DNA of 64,000 nt from Raillietiella orientalis. Its lineage: Eukaryota. This document shows positions 37,901 to 51,400 of the stretch, piece after piece (the first letter of the stretch is position 1; the number at the start of each line of letters is the position of its first letter). A model generated the notes under the pieces. That model saw nothing but the letters and a program-made list of their open reading frames with translations. It had not been told where the DNA came from and did no database searches. The stretch is taken from NCBI GenBank assembly GCA_036172245.1, contig JAYWIR010000034.1:1178001-1242000 (forward strand), read 5' to 3'. The position numbers and the translations under genes are program-made.

Positions 37901-40900
37901 TCTCCCGTCCTTCCCCACGGTCCGCCGAAGGCTGCTGCTTCGCTCGTATCCTCGAAAGATCCCGCCACCGTAGGGAAGGAGAGCCTTTAGTGAGGAAAGG
38001 GAAGGGGAGAAGAAGGAGATGCTCTTCCAGCGCTTGCAATAGGGATGAGGAGGGAACAGGATGGTAGCACGAAGCAGGAGGACGCGCCGACGAAGTGGAG
38101 GATGCAACCGACCTTCTCACGCACATGCACGTTCAGCTGCATGGGCAGAAGATGAAAAGCTGTCCGGATGATAGGGGTGAGGGAAGGAAAAAAGATTGAA
38201 GGGACTTGAGGTCGCAAGCAGCTTTGTTTCCTCACCCTCGGGTACAGAGTCCCCGAAGCACTCGAGTCCCGAAGGCATACCTGTGTCCAACCGCAACCAC
38301 AAGCCTCCCCTTCCCTCCTTTCCCCTCCTTTCGATCCCCTTCCGGAGAAACCGTCCTCGGAACGCGCTTTAGATCTCTCTTGTCCTAAGGAGGGCAAGAA
38401 AGGAACTTTTCCTATTTTCTCCGTGCGATCCCGGCTCTCTCGCTATCTGGTGCTTGAGATCCTTCTGGTAGGAGAACTACGTGAGACGTCAGGCGAAGGC
38501 GATCCTCGGAAGCTGCATGGAGTGCAACAAAAAACACAGACTCGGGACAGTTTCTCCACCTCTGCCTGCTCCTTAAAAAGAAAAGAGGAAAAAAGGCTCC
38601 TGGGTGACTGTTCATAATCGCCGCTGGCAGTCGACCTTGACCACCAACGAACGGGGGGAAGGGGGAGGGAGACTTCCGGTCCTCAGAGCCGCGAAGGGGT
38701 GGTGATGGCTCCTGTTGGGAAGCCAGCAGAGGGAATTCTGCCCCTGGAACCCTTCAGGTTCCCCAGAGAAAGGGCCGTCCACAGGAACAGGAAGAAGGAT
38801 GGGACACTGCCGCCTCCTGGAGAGTCTCCACAGGGAATAAAGGAATCGCAGGATTGCGGATAAATCGCGGGATCCCGGGAGTCCTCTGGGTCCGATTGTG
38901 GGAGAATCGCCAAGGAAGAGGAAGATAGGCTCCGGAAGAAGGTCGTGAACGTGGGACTCTCATACCACCTCACGCGCGTCCTTATCCTGCTTAGAGAGCC
39001 TGTAGTCCTGGATTGTACAGGCAGGAAAAGTCCTCCGCCTTCAGGAGGAACTCCCATTGCGGGCGACGATTCTATCTGGGGAGAAGGGATATGGCGTGAT
39101 GGAGAGGAACCTGGGAAGAACCTCTCCCCTATCAAGTCCTGCAGAGCGCGTCCGGTTCTCAGTGCTGGTGGCTCGGCAAGTAGCAGAATCTGAAAACTCG
39201 CTTGCCTCTGCTCTGAACCCATACTGAACTGGGAAATTCGGCTTTCCCCTTGAACAAGGGAGCAGGTCAGTGGAAGGGTGGAAGAGGAGACATGATCCGA
39301 CTCTGTCTATAGCCTAAAAGCACCCAGAAGTACTTCTTTCTTCCCACTCCTTGCTTTCTCCCTACTGAACTTTGACATCAAATTGAATCCAGAATGCTGG
39401 AAGGTCTCATCAAAAGACAAAAGGATTGAGAAAAAATACAAAAACTCTCAGGTTTGCGCCGCCGATCCATGCGGATTCGTCGGATCCTCCCGTCCCGGGA
39501 CTACCGGACCTACAGCTGACCAATCAGGATCGCCTCTGGATTCGGATGAGCGCGCGCACTCAGGGAGGGAAAGATAGAGGCACGAAAAAGCTGAAGGAGG
39601 AGGGGCGAAATTCCGTCAGGGATGAGAAGCCTGGCAGGGAATACTTTCCAACGTTTTCACCATCTTTATTCACGAGCGGAAGGAGACAGCTAACTCTCGG
39701 TTCGTCAGATCCCGTAAACGTCTGGTCCTGGTAGTGGAGGAGGGACATCCGCACGGCAAGGGCAGCTTCGCAACGCACAAACCCTCCAAGTGTCCTCCCT
39801 TCATCTTCTCACCCTCTTTCTCTCACGTTCGGCGGCTTCTCCATCAGGGGATTCCCGCAACATCCCTCTCGGCCTTCCCCCCCCCCCCCCTTTCCTCTCT
39901 CATCGAGGGCTGCTTCCATTCCTTTTCCCGCTCATTCCGGAAAGAGGAACAGTTCCACCAGATCCTTTCCCCCGTGGAGGAGACCCCGAGTGTCAACGTC
40001 CTGCATCGCTGACCCATTACCCACCCTTTCGCTTCCTCCACTGTTCTTAGGAATGCGACTTCGTCGCTAATGGGAACATGCCCGAGTTCTTTTCTTCCTG
40101 CCCTTTCTCTAGCCTGCGGGAGAAGGGGATGGGAGCGGATCAGTGCTCAGGCGTGCTCTTCCCTGCTCCCTACGGGTCACTCCCGCCGTCGTCATCATCG
40201 AGGTCACCCTCCAGAGCGCTTCGGTGGCTCACAAGAGGGAAAGGAGGAGGAGGGAATTCGCAAGAGCGAGTGCCGGGCGGTTTACGAGCTCTCCCTCCTA
40301 CCGTCCATGCTCCTTCTTCTCTTCTTCTCACAGCCCTGTCTACTGTCGAGCCGCGGCTCGTGGAATCCTCCCCTCAGGATCAAAAGGAACAAATGGTATT
40401 TTCGTGGATTCGAACAGGACAGGGAGCATCCCTGCCCCCCTTCCTCGCGCCTCCGCGGGCCGCAAGCCGGAGTGGGGCCTGCAGCCCGGCACTCCCAGTC
40501 GTCGCCTTAAAATCCTCTTGCGAACGCAGAGAATGAGGAGTGGGGATAGAAGCAGGGCTTCCGAGAGCAAGACTGGAAAGAAGCTGGTGAGGAGAGAGGT
40601 AAGGAAGCTGTGGAGGAGGCGATCTGAAAGTAGATCTCTCTCGGGGAGAGAGGTAGAGAAAGGAATCGCGAGGGCCGAACTGTAGGGCAGGCCTCCACCT
40701 ACGGCTATCTCCACTCCAGGATCCCCTTACATCCTTCACTGCGACTCAACCGTCTTCCCAGCCGGGAAGAAGCGCCCTGGTGAGCATCTCGAGAAACGCA
40801 GCCGCAGCCCCATCTCTACCCCTTCCGAACGTTCCTCCCCCTCATCGTCACTATTTCCGTTTCGGGGACCCTCATTGTTTCCGTCGCTTTCGATCCGCCG

Positions 40901-43900
40901 TCCCATCTGCGTAGGGGATGATCCTCCCCGTCGAGCGACGCTGCAGGGAAGAGGAGGGATGGCGGGGCGTCTCTCAGCGGGATGCCGCTGCACCTCGTGC
41001 GTGCCTAAGGGCGTGGCGGCTGCTGCTTGGCTCTACTGGAGGAAGCGCGTGAATTGCAGCAGAGAAGGCCCGCGGGAGACTCGGGCGAAAGCCGGCGGCG
41101 TGTCGCCGCCACCCAGATAACCGAAATGAAAAATCGGACTGGAGTTCCGCAGACGACGGCAGAGAAATCTCGGAACGTTTCCTTGCAGAAACGATTAAGG
41201 AAGAGAGACTCGAGGGGACTCGATAAGAATCCCGAGAGATGAACGGTCGCTCTCCACGGGGAATGGTCGCCTCCTCGAGCTTACCGGAAGCGCACACAAG
41301 ACGTGGGAACTTTGATCCTGGAGGCTGGAGGAGCTCGTTCTCTTCCCTGTGCTCTCGAAGAGGGGAAGGGAGAGGCAGAATCTTGACTCCTCCCCCCCTC
41401 TGCCTCCCTCGCCCTCCCCTTTCTTCATCCTCATGCGCGAGACAAGGCAGCTTATCCGATCCCTTCCTCCCGCTTCCCGCAGCAGTCCAGCCAGAGTCGA
41501 GAGTAGGGTCAGCCAGCTTCGTTTTCCCTGTGAACCTGCGGCGCCTTTCCGGGAGGAGCTGGAAGCATAGACCAGGCTTTTGGGGGGGGCAGTTCCGAGA
41601 GTGCAGCACTGCGGAGCTGGGTGGTGAGAGGGGGGAACATCAATTCAGATCTCTGCCTCCACTCCAGACTCTTCCATTCTCGAAGGCAAGGGACGGAAGG
41701 AACGGGGTAGCTGACGGAAGTGGAGGATCTGAGCAATGACGCCGCCAGCACTACCTTTCCAGCGCCGCCTTACTCCAGTTGAAAGAGTACAGGGCCTGGA
41801 AAATTCAAACCCTCACAGCCGAGTACGTCCTGCCGGGGCTTGCGGAAGCAGCAGCACTGCCGATTCGTGTCACCTGTCTCCGTCTCCCTCAGCCACCTCC
41901 CTCTGTTCTTTTGTTTCCCAGGGCCTGCTATTTGGCCTTTTCCTAGAAGCCCTGGAGGGGATCCCGGTTTACATCCATTCTGGCATCCTGGACTCCTGCC
42001 GACTCTCCGTTTCCTGGCTTCAGACGACAACTCGGGAAGGGGTGATGGGGGAATTCAAAGTGTGTCTGTTCTTTGAGCCCTTCCCTTCTCCCAGTCGAAC
42101 CTGCCTTCCTCAGAAGGAAAAGAAAAAAATGGACATCTTCCCGTTCCTTCTCCTGGTAGCATTTCGGGGTTGTCGGGAAAAGGTATTCGGCGAAAGCCGC
42201 GTTGCGGTGGGACTCGTTGCTGAACCTCAGGAGTCCCATCATAGGGTGGACTAGAGAAGTTCATCCGCTAAGGTTCAAGGCATGTCTGGCTGAAGGGGAT
42301 CGCTCCTGGTGAACTTCAAAACCTCATACTGGAAGCGCCTCTAGGGCGTACTTTTGTCTCTGCAGTGGGTGTTCCTGATTATCGCTTCCGTGCAAGGAAG
42401 CCCGAAAGATCCTCTTCTACAACGGGGAGGGAGCGGAGTCGAACGTGAGTGAAGCACTCGACTTCTTCTCATGCGCACGACCCAAGACTGCTAGACCAGA
42501 CCGACTTTGCTCTCCTTGCCCACATTCGCCGCAGATTTATGGGAATTTATGTTCCTCTCCCCCTCCTTGCTCTCTCCCGCACCTGTGCATCAGCGGAGAC
42601 GAGAAGGGCAGATTGGGACCTCGGAACGAAAGCGTTGCTTCGCCGGTCATGACCGTAGAAACGGGAGGTGCGCGACAGAAGCCGGCACATCGGGTGGCAT
42701 TCGAACGGACGCCTCATCCTCCCTCACCGGGCTCCCCGAAAAATCTAGAGCTCGGCACAAAGGGTTCGCAACAGATACACTCCCGGAACCAAGAGCGGGC
42801 CGACGATCGGAGTCGGACCGCAATGGCTGCAGCCCGCGAGCTAAAAACGGATGCCGATTGTTGACGACTCTCTCGCCATGCGAGCTGGCGCTTTCCTCGG
42901 AGAACACATGTTACGCACGCAGCTCGGAGCCCATTCGGGCGAGTTCCAGATAACGACGAATCTCCAGGATCCCTGGCGATAGGCAGGGCTGGCGGGAATG
43001 GCAGCCTGGAAACGGCCATGTCGGCGGAGAAAGTTCCCGGTGCTCAAGAGGCAGGGCGTTAAAGCTTCCTGGGCTTTCCCTTGAAGCACAGCGCACCTTA
43101 GAAACTCAGGATGCGATAGAAATAGGGATCCTCTCACTTTCCTTTTTCTCCCCTCCTTCATCCCGTCCATGCTGGAGGGTGGACTCTGGAAGTCTACAGT
43201 TCCATTTGGGTGTCAACTTCCTCCCTTGGAGCTCCCGTTGGGAAGTATGCGAGGGCGTGAGGAGAAGAGGGAGGAGGGAAAGAATCAGTCGGCTTTACGA
43301 GAGCAGCATCCCGATGCTTCCCCTAGCAGGACGTGCACCTCTGGTTAAGTAGGGAGGGAGGAGGGGTGGCAGGACGCGGGAAGGCACATTTCGTGAGTCG
43401 AACGCTTGCTGCGTGCTAATGGACGAAGGAGGGACATGAAACGAGCGCGGATGGTCCAGCAGTCTGGTCCTGGCAACCAGAGAGGATGGGGGGAGGGGGG
43501 AGGAATACATATTTCTTCACTCTTCCTTTTCCTCCCCGCCTCTAGGACTCAGATCCCCGAATTCCTCCTTGACCTTATCAGGACCCTAGTGGAAAAAGGG
43601 AAAAATCGATCCCAACGCTCCTGGAAATCGAACATAGGGAATGTAAAGACGAGGTTTCCCGATCGAGAGATCAAAGCTCCGATGGCTGATCCTTGACCTC
43701 CCTCCTACCCTGAGTCGTCTGCGAGAGAAGACAAAAAAAACTTCTCTGGCATTCGGATCCGTGCAGCCTCTTGGATCGAACTCAGAGAGCATTTTCACCT
43801 TGAGCCTACGACTGCGGGAAGTCGCGTTCGTTCCAGACTCAGCACCTGTTCTGCAGCCTCGACTTTCCCTCCCACTCTTTTCCGTCCTCTCCTTCCTCAG

Positions 43901-46900
43901 AATCCTGGAAGCCTGGAATAGAACATGGCTGGAAGGGGCTGTGAGTCGCGTTCCAAGGACCAAACCATCCCTGTACCACCCGCTTCCCATTCACCTTTCT
44001 TCCCTCCTTTCTCCACTCCCTCACTCCCTCCTTATCCGAACAAAAGAAAAAAACAGGGTAAGGGAAGTTGAAGAGGCAAGAGGCGAACCCAATGCGGTGG
44101 AAAGCTCCCCACCAACCGTCAGCACTCGGTTCCTCCCTCGAACCGTCTCGCGGGATCTGCCTCTCTTCCCAGAAGGGAAAGCAGCTGAGCGCTCCGGGAG
44201 AGAAAAATGGTCCTCCTAACTGCAATCATCCACTTCCGTCCCCACTTGTGGAGACATTCATCATGGAGGCATCCTCTGCTGACAGACGAAACGACGCCAA
44301 ACTGCTATAGGAGCAAAGATGGATGGACGCGTCAGGGGCGTCCGTCCCACGCTCCGACCCCCAGCGCAGCGGTCGCCTTCCTCGTCGCTGCTCTCTCTCA
44401 GCTACCGCTCGGGATCAAATCCGCCGAATGTCCCCTGCCCCCCCCCCTTATCTGTCTCCTCCCGGTTCCGTGGGCGAGCGGCTCCTATCTCGTCCCTCCG
44501 AAGAGCATCCGGGAAGGACGGTGACACTCACGGACGAGGAGAAAGAGGAGGAGGAAGGAAGACGGCTGCTCCTGCTCAGCCGTCCGGTGTATCGGGGGTT
44601 GCGTGCGCTGCCGAACAGGAATAGGGCGTGGCTCTCGCCGTTCGGCAGCGGTCGAGGGCGCCGGTCCGAGTCAGCGGCGGCTTCCTCCTGTTTTATCCCC
44701 TCTTCTCTTCTCTTCTCCTCTCCTCTTCCTGCTGCTGCAGTCCGCTGCTCCAGGGCTGGGAAGGCCCGGGCGCAGCGAGCCTTCCCGGGAAGTGGACCGA
44801 CTCGGCACAGTGACTTTGCGCCCCCCAGCCTTGTCTCCCGGGAGCCGGTCATCACGGTGCCTTCGGGTGCAACACGCTGCCAGGGAAGAGACAGAAGGGG
44901 GGATGTCTCCCGACTAGAGATTGACCCCCTCCTAGACTGATAAGGATCACACAACCGCGGGCAAGAAAGAATAAGAGGAGGAAAAGAAAATCGGAAGAGG
45001 ATGAGGTCCTCGATTAGCAATGGCGAGGAAAGGAGAATCCCTGCTCCCTGCTTGCTGGGACAGCATTGGTTCCCTCTTCTCGCTACCGGATGCTCTCCTT
45101 CGCTGATAGCGAAGACCGTCTGCCTGTCGGGAGATGCATTCCTTCTTTCAATCCCCTCTTCATCCCTTCCATTCCCCTCCCCCATCTGCTTCCTGGCAGG
45201 ACTTCGTGCCTTCCCGGAACACGAATGCCGCGGAGTCGGGAACAGTCGTCCCGAGGGAGAGTTCCCTCCGCGCGGTTTTCCCGTAACTTCTTCCTTGCCC
45301 TATGAGCTTCCGGCGACTACCGAACTCTCCGACCATCGCTTCCGGGAAAGCTGCCTGCGGAATTTTGCGGCACCTTCCTGAGAATCATGCCGTACCCGGG
45401 CATCGCTCGCCTCGGGAACAGCTGCGGAGAAAACTGGTGGGAAGACGGAAGGGGGAAGGAGAAGCAAGGGAGAGGGTCGTCATCGTTCCGGGTGGATACG
45501 GATCCTTTGGGTCCTCTTTCCCTTTCTCGATCGATAGTTCGCGCGCCACAACGAGCAGGTTCCCAGAAGGGGAGTGGGATGGCCCTAGTTCAACCCCCAA
45601 GGGGAAAGGGGGGGGAAGGGAGAAGAAAAGAGCAAACGGGTGGTCCCTCCTTTGACATGGATCGGACTCTCCTTCTTGACCACTCGCGGTCATGTGACTG
45701 CTAAATGAGGTCGAGCAGATCGCCGACAAGCGGATGACAGCAGCGACCGAAAAGGGGAAAGGGGGGTAAGATGAGTATCTCCCCTCCCTCGTCCTTCCCC
45801 AAAGAGCATCCTAGTGGTGAGGGAAGAACAAAGAGAGACCTAGGGACGTCGCTGCCCGGAAGTCCGGAGGTCCGGAAGGAAGAGAGTGGTTTGCAGAAGA
45901 GTCATCCCTCAAAGGGTCGGAGCGACCGCGGAAACCATGCTCTGGTAGATGTCCCGGGTCGGTCCTCATGTGTCCGTCCCCAGACTATCGGGCAGGAGAA
46001 GGGAACCCGTGATGACCCCCCTGGCCTTCGTAGTACCCGTTTTTTTTTTTTTTTGCTTTTTCCTTCTCTGGAAAGAGGGTTCGGGAGAGGAGAACAAAGC
46101 GCGGAGGGGGCCGTCAGATGGAAGGGAGTCTCGCCATCGTCCTGGGGACTCATCGTCGAAAGCACCTTGCTGGTTCAAACACCATCTGACCCACCAGGAG
46201 AGAGAGGAAGGGAAGCGATGGGGAGAGGGAACCAGGAAGGGAAGGGGAGGGGAGAGGTAAAGAAAGGAAAGACGAAGGGAAGGAAGATGGGCTCCTCCGT
46301 GCTTTCTCTCGCCTGATACCCCCGGCACCCGCCTCAGCTCCCACGGCGACCGTATTCGAGAGAGCAGGACGTAATCGCGCGCGCTCACGCACTCGTCTGG
46401 TAATTCGCATTTTTCTCCCCCTTCCTTGATGCTGCCTCCTTCCCAGAAATCCTTTCTGCGCCCCTCCCCCCTTCTTTAAAAAAAAAAAATGAAAGATAGG
46501 AAGGGTCTCATTTTGCTGCGAGGAAGATGGCGAAACGGTGCTGGAAAAAATGATCTCGCGTCCCAAGTCTACGGCAGATTCGATTAGGGGATCGCTGAGC
46601 CAAGTTTCTGATTTCATTTGGATCTCCCGCGCAGGCGCTCAGATCAGGAATGGAAGAGGGGGGGAGGAGGATTTCCGGGAGATCTCCCAGCTCCTCGGAG
46701 AGACGGCGCCTTTCAGCCAGGAGCGGCGGCATCGCTCGTGGATTCCCCGAGTTGCGTCCCAGAGAACCACGCCCCTGCCCCCGCGATTGGTCGAAGCGCT
46801 TTCGAGGTAGTAAACCCGGGACATCCTGGAGAGAGGAAGCGGAGGAGGGGGAATGCGTGCGCGCGATGCCTCCCGGGTCCCTCAAGGGGGCGTTTCCTCG

Positions 46901-48460
46901 GCGCATCCCTGGACTCCTCCTTCTAGGTCGCGGAGCAGCGCTTGCTGCCGAGGCAACCGAGGTTGACGGGAGGAGGATAAGTGAGAGCACCGTTCTTCCT
47001 GCCTCCCCCTCCCCAATCCCCCTGTTTCTTCTCTTTCCCTTCTCTCTTTTTCCATCATCTTGTTCTCACCTACATGACCGCTGGATGTTGATGTGCACTC
47101 ACTCCCGGAAAGCTCTGTCTGGAGAAAACATTCGAGGGGCAATCCAGGGAGCAGGAAAAGAGGAAAAAAATCTCCTTGGTCGGCGCAGTTTCGCCCATCC
47201 GCAGAATCACGTGGCGCCCAAGGGAGCCGGATGCTGAGCTTCGATCGGATGTTGAGATGTCCGCGCGCCCGGAGGAAGGCGGGATTAGAAAGATGTCCCG
47301 GGATGCGCGCCGGAAACTGAAGAGGAGATGAAATAGGGAACTTTTTGACCTCTCCGTCTCTGGACCCACATGACCATCATCACCGAGAGCTCTGGAACCG
47401 CGGTCGTCCCTCTCTAGTGATGGGACCTAACAACAGGATGAATCACACCTGCACTCCCGTCCCACCACCTCATTCCAAAGGCTCAGTCGTCACCATCTTC
47501 CCCCCCCCCCTCCTCGTAGCAAGAGCAGACGAGATGCGTCAGGCAATGGAAAGAGGATCGGCGCGAATTTTACTCCCTCTAGGCGGATGGATCGAAAGGT
47601 CATGATCGTGGCTACTCGGTCCGTCCCCACCTCCTCGAATCTCCAGAGCGTCCTCTGCCAGAGGAGAGAGAAGACCTGAGAAAAGTGGGTGGAGGAAAAG
47701 GAAAAGGATGTGCGAGAGGGAGCTGCGTCCACGGAATTTTCTGCGGCCTCCACAAGGAAAACCGGGGGAAGAGCTCGGAGCCGTCTGGTGAGATACGAAA
47801 GAGGGTTCGAGTCTCCTTGTCGAAGCTCGAGAGGTGCTCCTCCAGACTCCCTGGGTTTGCGTAGCTCCGTCTTTGGAGGGGAAGGGAGCACCTCGCAATC
47901 GAGCCCAAAAAAGAACATTTGTGACGAGCCAAATGGAGACACCTGCATGGGGAACCGAAATCCGGAAGAAGACGACGAACCTCTTCTCCTCTTGACGAAC
48001 CTCTTCCGACGCGTTCGAACCTACCTACCATCCTCCTCCCAGCAGCTCCGTCGTCTACTTCATCTCCTCCCTCCCTCTTTTTCCTCTTTGTCCCTGTGCT
48101 CGAACCTTGCCTTGAGGCGACTCCCTTTGAGAAAGTATTCCTTAGCTCTTGGGGACGTCTGCATCGATAGGTAAATAATGCGAGAGCGTGGGGAGGGAGG
48201 GAGGGGGGCGTTTCAATACATCTGCAGAGCAGAAGATCCTGACGTTTTAAGGAAGCTCTCAAGGAAAAAATCCACGACTCTGTCCCTTACCCCCCTTCCC
48301 TCCATGCGTACTGCATGTTCTCCAAACTAGCTTGCTCGCGCGACCAGGTCCCTTTTAACGCGAAAAAGAAGAATGGGGGAATAGGGGCTCCAGCCAGCAG
48401 ACGGCCAAGCAGGTGGGAGCGGATCGACGGAATCCGACACGCTGAGTGATCAGCGTTCTT

Positions 48461-49304
48461 CAGTGACGAAAGCTCATCAGCCAAAAAGCAGGAGTGCGGC
48501 CCGTGAAATCCAGAAAATCACGAAAGGTTTTTGGAACATGTAATCAACAAAACCGGATGCGCGAAGGGATTGCACGCGCGTACACTGAGCAGCGAATCGT
48601 ACACTTTGCTGCTCGTCAACCGCTGCACACCAGCCGAATGCGTCATTACTCTGCAACGGCATCCGTAGCTGCCATGGTTGCTGCCTCCGTTCACAGCGAC
48701 GTGTATTGCTGAAATGGACTCGATCATGGTGTCAGTGTTCATTGTTGGCATGCTTCGGCAGCAACAACAACAGTCAGCACTAGCGTTTGTTGTCGACTAC
48801 CGGTTGTTGCACAGTGAAGACGCACTCGGAGAGGACAACCGTTTTTTCGTTTTCTCTGCCATGCCGAAACGCCGGAAGTGCACTCTCGCAACGAATTATC
48901 ATCCAACAGCTGCACTTTACTTGCATCTCCTAAATCCCCACTGCGCCGCACTTGTGATCGTTGCTTTACAGAAATCAGAGAACGGATTATCAGTAATTAA
49001 TAGGCAAATAGACCAGATGATAAGAATGCTTCTCCTGATCCCGGAGCGATATGAGCGTGCCTCAAAATTCGTCATTTGTCTCGCGAAGAAAAAGAGTTTT
49101 CGAAGTTTGTGCGAAAACTTTTGAAGTAATGGCAAAGTTTGTCCAAGTTTTCTGGATATTAGAAAAGTTTCCAGACACACTTCTTGTGCTTGGAATACAT
49201 CGACTCTGATGAAAGAATATATTTGCAAGGGACTGTTACATTCCTGTGCCCGTTACATAGCCCTGGAGGAAGAATCCGGTGACGCGTCGTTGAGTGAACC
49301 ACTG
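48461..49304 (+). mobile_element. Possible old non-autonomous hAT-like DNA transposon
   Basis: Compositionally distinct block bounded by CAGTG...CACTG, with imperfect 8-bp flanks (gcgttctt/gctttcaa). MPKRRKC...(frameshift) TCDRCFTEI at 48861-48980 resembles a transposase N-terminal zinc finger. Confidence 0.28.
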
Positions 49305-49419
49305 GCTTTCAAACAACATTTGATCTTTCAGAAGGAGAGGGGGAGAGAGATCGCGACGCCGTCGTTGCCGTTAGGGAGTTCACGTCACGGACCATTGATG
49401 CCTTAACACGTCTCCGGAA

Positions 49420-51400
49420 TGCCTCCTCTCTTGGAGAATGGCTCCTTTGCGGTCGTTGTTTCGCTTTGCCCTTTAGTTCTCTTTTTGGTTCCGACCACGG
49501 GACAGGCAGGTCCGAGAGCGAGGCCTTATGCTGCTCAGAGGATGAGGATGCGAGCTTTCCGGAAAGAAGGCTTTCGGATTGATAGAAGCGATGAGGAATC
49601 CGGACCTCCACGAGGGACATCGATGGAACACTGCGTGTAGAAATGCGCCACTCCGGAGTACCACTCCGCTCTCTGTATTAGGAGAGACTCTGATCCACCA
49701 ATGGCCTTTGATCGAAGACTAGTCGGAAGAAAGAAAAGGTGGAAGATCTTTAGGCATATTTCCCCAAGAGACCAAGTGCTTCTGTCGTCACTCAAAGCTC
49801 TCAATCCACACGTCGGAGATTTCGGGGAGTCGCCAGATACTGGTAGGAGTTTCTTCAGGAGTAGAAATCCTACGAGGTATTCCTGCTGGGTGCCTTCCTT
49901 CCTTTCATTCTTTTTGGTCTTCTCCATACTGTCAAAGCCTTCAAGCTGAGGTGGATGATTCGAAAGCTCGTGCAGCAAGCAAATCACAGGAAGAGTTTCT
50001 TCTCCTTCTCACTCTCGCTCAGTCTCTAGACTTCCCGGCGTCTAATCTCCTTTGGGGGGCTACCTTGTGATAGAATGGATGTTCTTTTCCTTCATTTTCT
50101 TGTTCAAGTGCGTTCTTTCCTCCTTACTCCACCCCCCAACCAAGTCTCACTTTCAGAAGAGATTCTCGTAGCAAATTGGAACACGAGGAGTTGTGCCGGC
50201 TGGCTTTCCGAATCTTCTATTTCATTCCAGAGAACGAAGTTGCTCAGAGCGTTGCTCAGAGCAACGATGCTCAGATGAAAGGGTGGCCGAGTAAATCTTG
50301 AGCTGTGCCTTCGTTGGATAGCACCGTTTCTTTCAACGAAGACACCACTTGCCCGACTGCCTTCTCGTACGTGCTGCCTGCCTAAACCTGTCAAGGTGAC
50401 ACGAAAAAGAGATGCTGCATGTGACGAAGGTGTCTGCAATGGAAAGGGTCATCGTTCACACGCGTTCCGCCACTGTGTACAGAATTCTACCCTCATCGCG
50501 AAGAAGTTGCCACCATTTGAATCGATCTCATCAAGAAAGTGAAGCCAAATTTCTGGGACCTGATGACCTCCAATACCAGCCAGTTGGGGGAGTCCATCCC
50601 GACCTACATGCTCCAGGAGAGTCAAGTCATCGCTCACGCGTGTTGCCTGCCCTAGAGAGAACTTGGCAGCAGCTCTGAAAGATGCTCGACATAGGAAGGA
50701 AGGAGAATATCTCTCCTCCTCGCCATCACAGGAGCATCGGCTTCCTTCAGAGTGCTGGTGGTAGGACTCCTGGAAGCTCTGGCATCCTGACGAAGGGTAC
50801 ATGGAGAACTGGAGGTCTCGCAAACACCAGCAGGAGCTCTGAAGAGGAAGACTGTGGATGCCAACGCACATCGCAACTGTGCGCACCGCCTAGACCACCG
50901 TCCAGGATGAAGGGTGACCATAGATTCAGCAAAATTCTTCCGTCCACGTTGCCATTGTGGAGGCTCCTCGCCTTCCCTCTCGAGACTGCGTTCATCTCAT
51001 GGGCAATAAACATGCGAGAAGTTTCTAGGAGACAGGACTGCCTGCTTCCTCTGTCTCCCGCTGCCCTACTCGGTTTTCGCCCAAGGCAGTGAGAGAGGGA
51101 GTAATCACTTCACCGGCGCACTAACGCGCAATTGGAGGATGAAAACAAGGGTAGGACCCTGCATTCCTCTCTCTACCATCAGAACCTAGAATCGGGGATG
51201 CCTACGAGTCGTATTACTCCGAGGCAACATGGAAGGAGGAAACGGAAATTGAGGAGTCTCTTGGTCTACTTGAAGACCGAGACACCATTGAAAACCAGCC
51301 ACCATCAGGTGCCACCTCCTCGAATTACAAGAAAAATTTGGGAATCTATTTTAAGGAACGTATCGCGTTAAGTGTCCCAGGAGCCCCCCGAAGCTACGGA
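49420..51400 (+). mobile_element. Decayed L1/Tx1-type LINE RT to zf-RVT
   Basis: Colinear motifs: AAQRMRM..KEGFRIDRSDEE (cf. RL..Q.GF...RS..D); MAFDR..W.IF...LKAL...SFFRSR...PSFL (cf. KAFDRV...F...RG.RQG.P..P.LF); AKFLG (~50545); TWRTGGLAN (~50800); GMPT...ET..H...RKIWESIL (~51200-51350). Confidence 0.58.

Noticed and set aside
47770..47830. B-box-like GGTTCGAGTC
   Set aside because: The T-stem is imperfect and the segment is too short for a cloverleaf.
32000..48300. Numerous overlapping 100-245 aa ORFs on both strands
   Set aside because: They are enriched in P/S/L/F or G/E/R/K from purine/pyrimidine tracts, with no motifs and no consistent splice-phase chain.
50239..50277. 12-bp tandem duplication with small palindrome (gttgctcagagc x2); similar short duplications at ~2176 and ~47974
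   Set aside because: Ordinary slippage-scale duplications, not a CRISPR-like or functional array.
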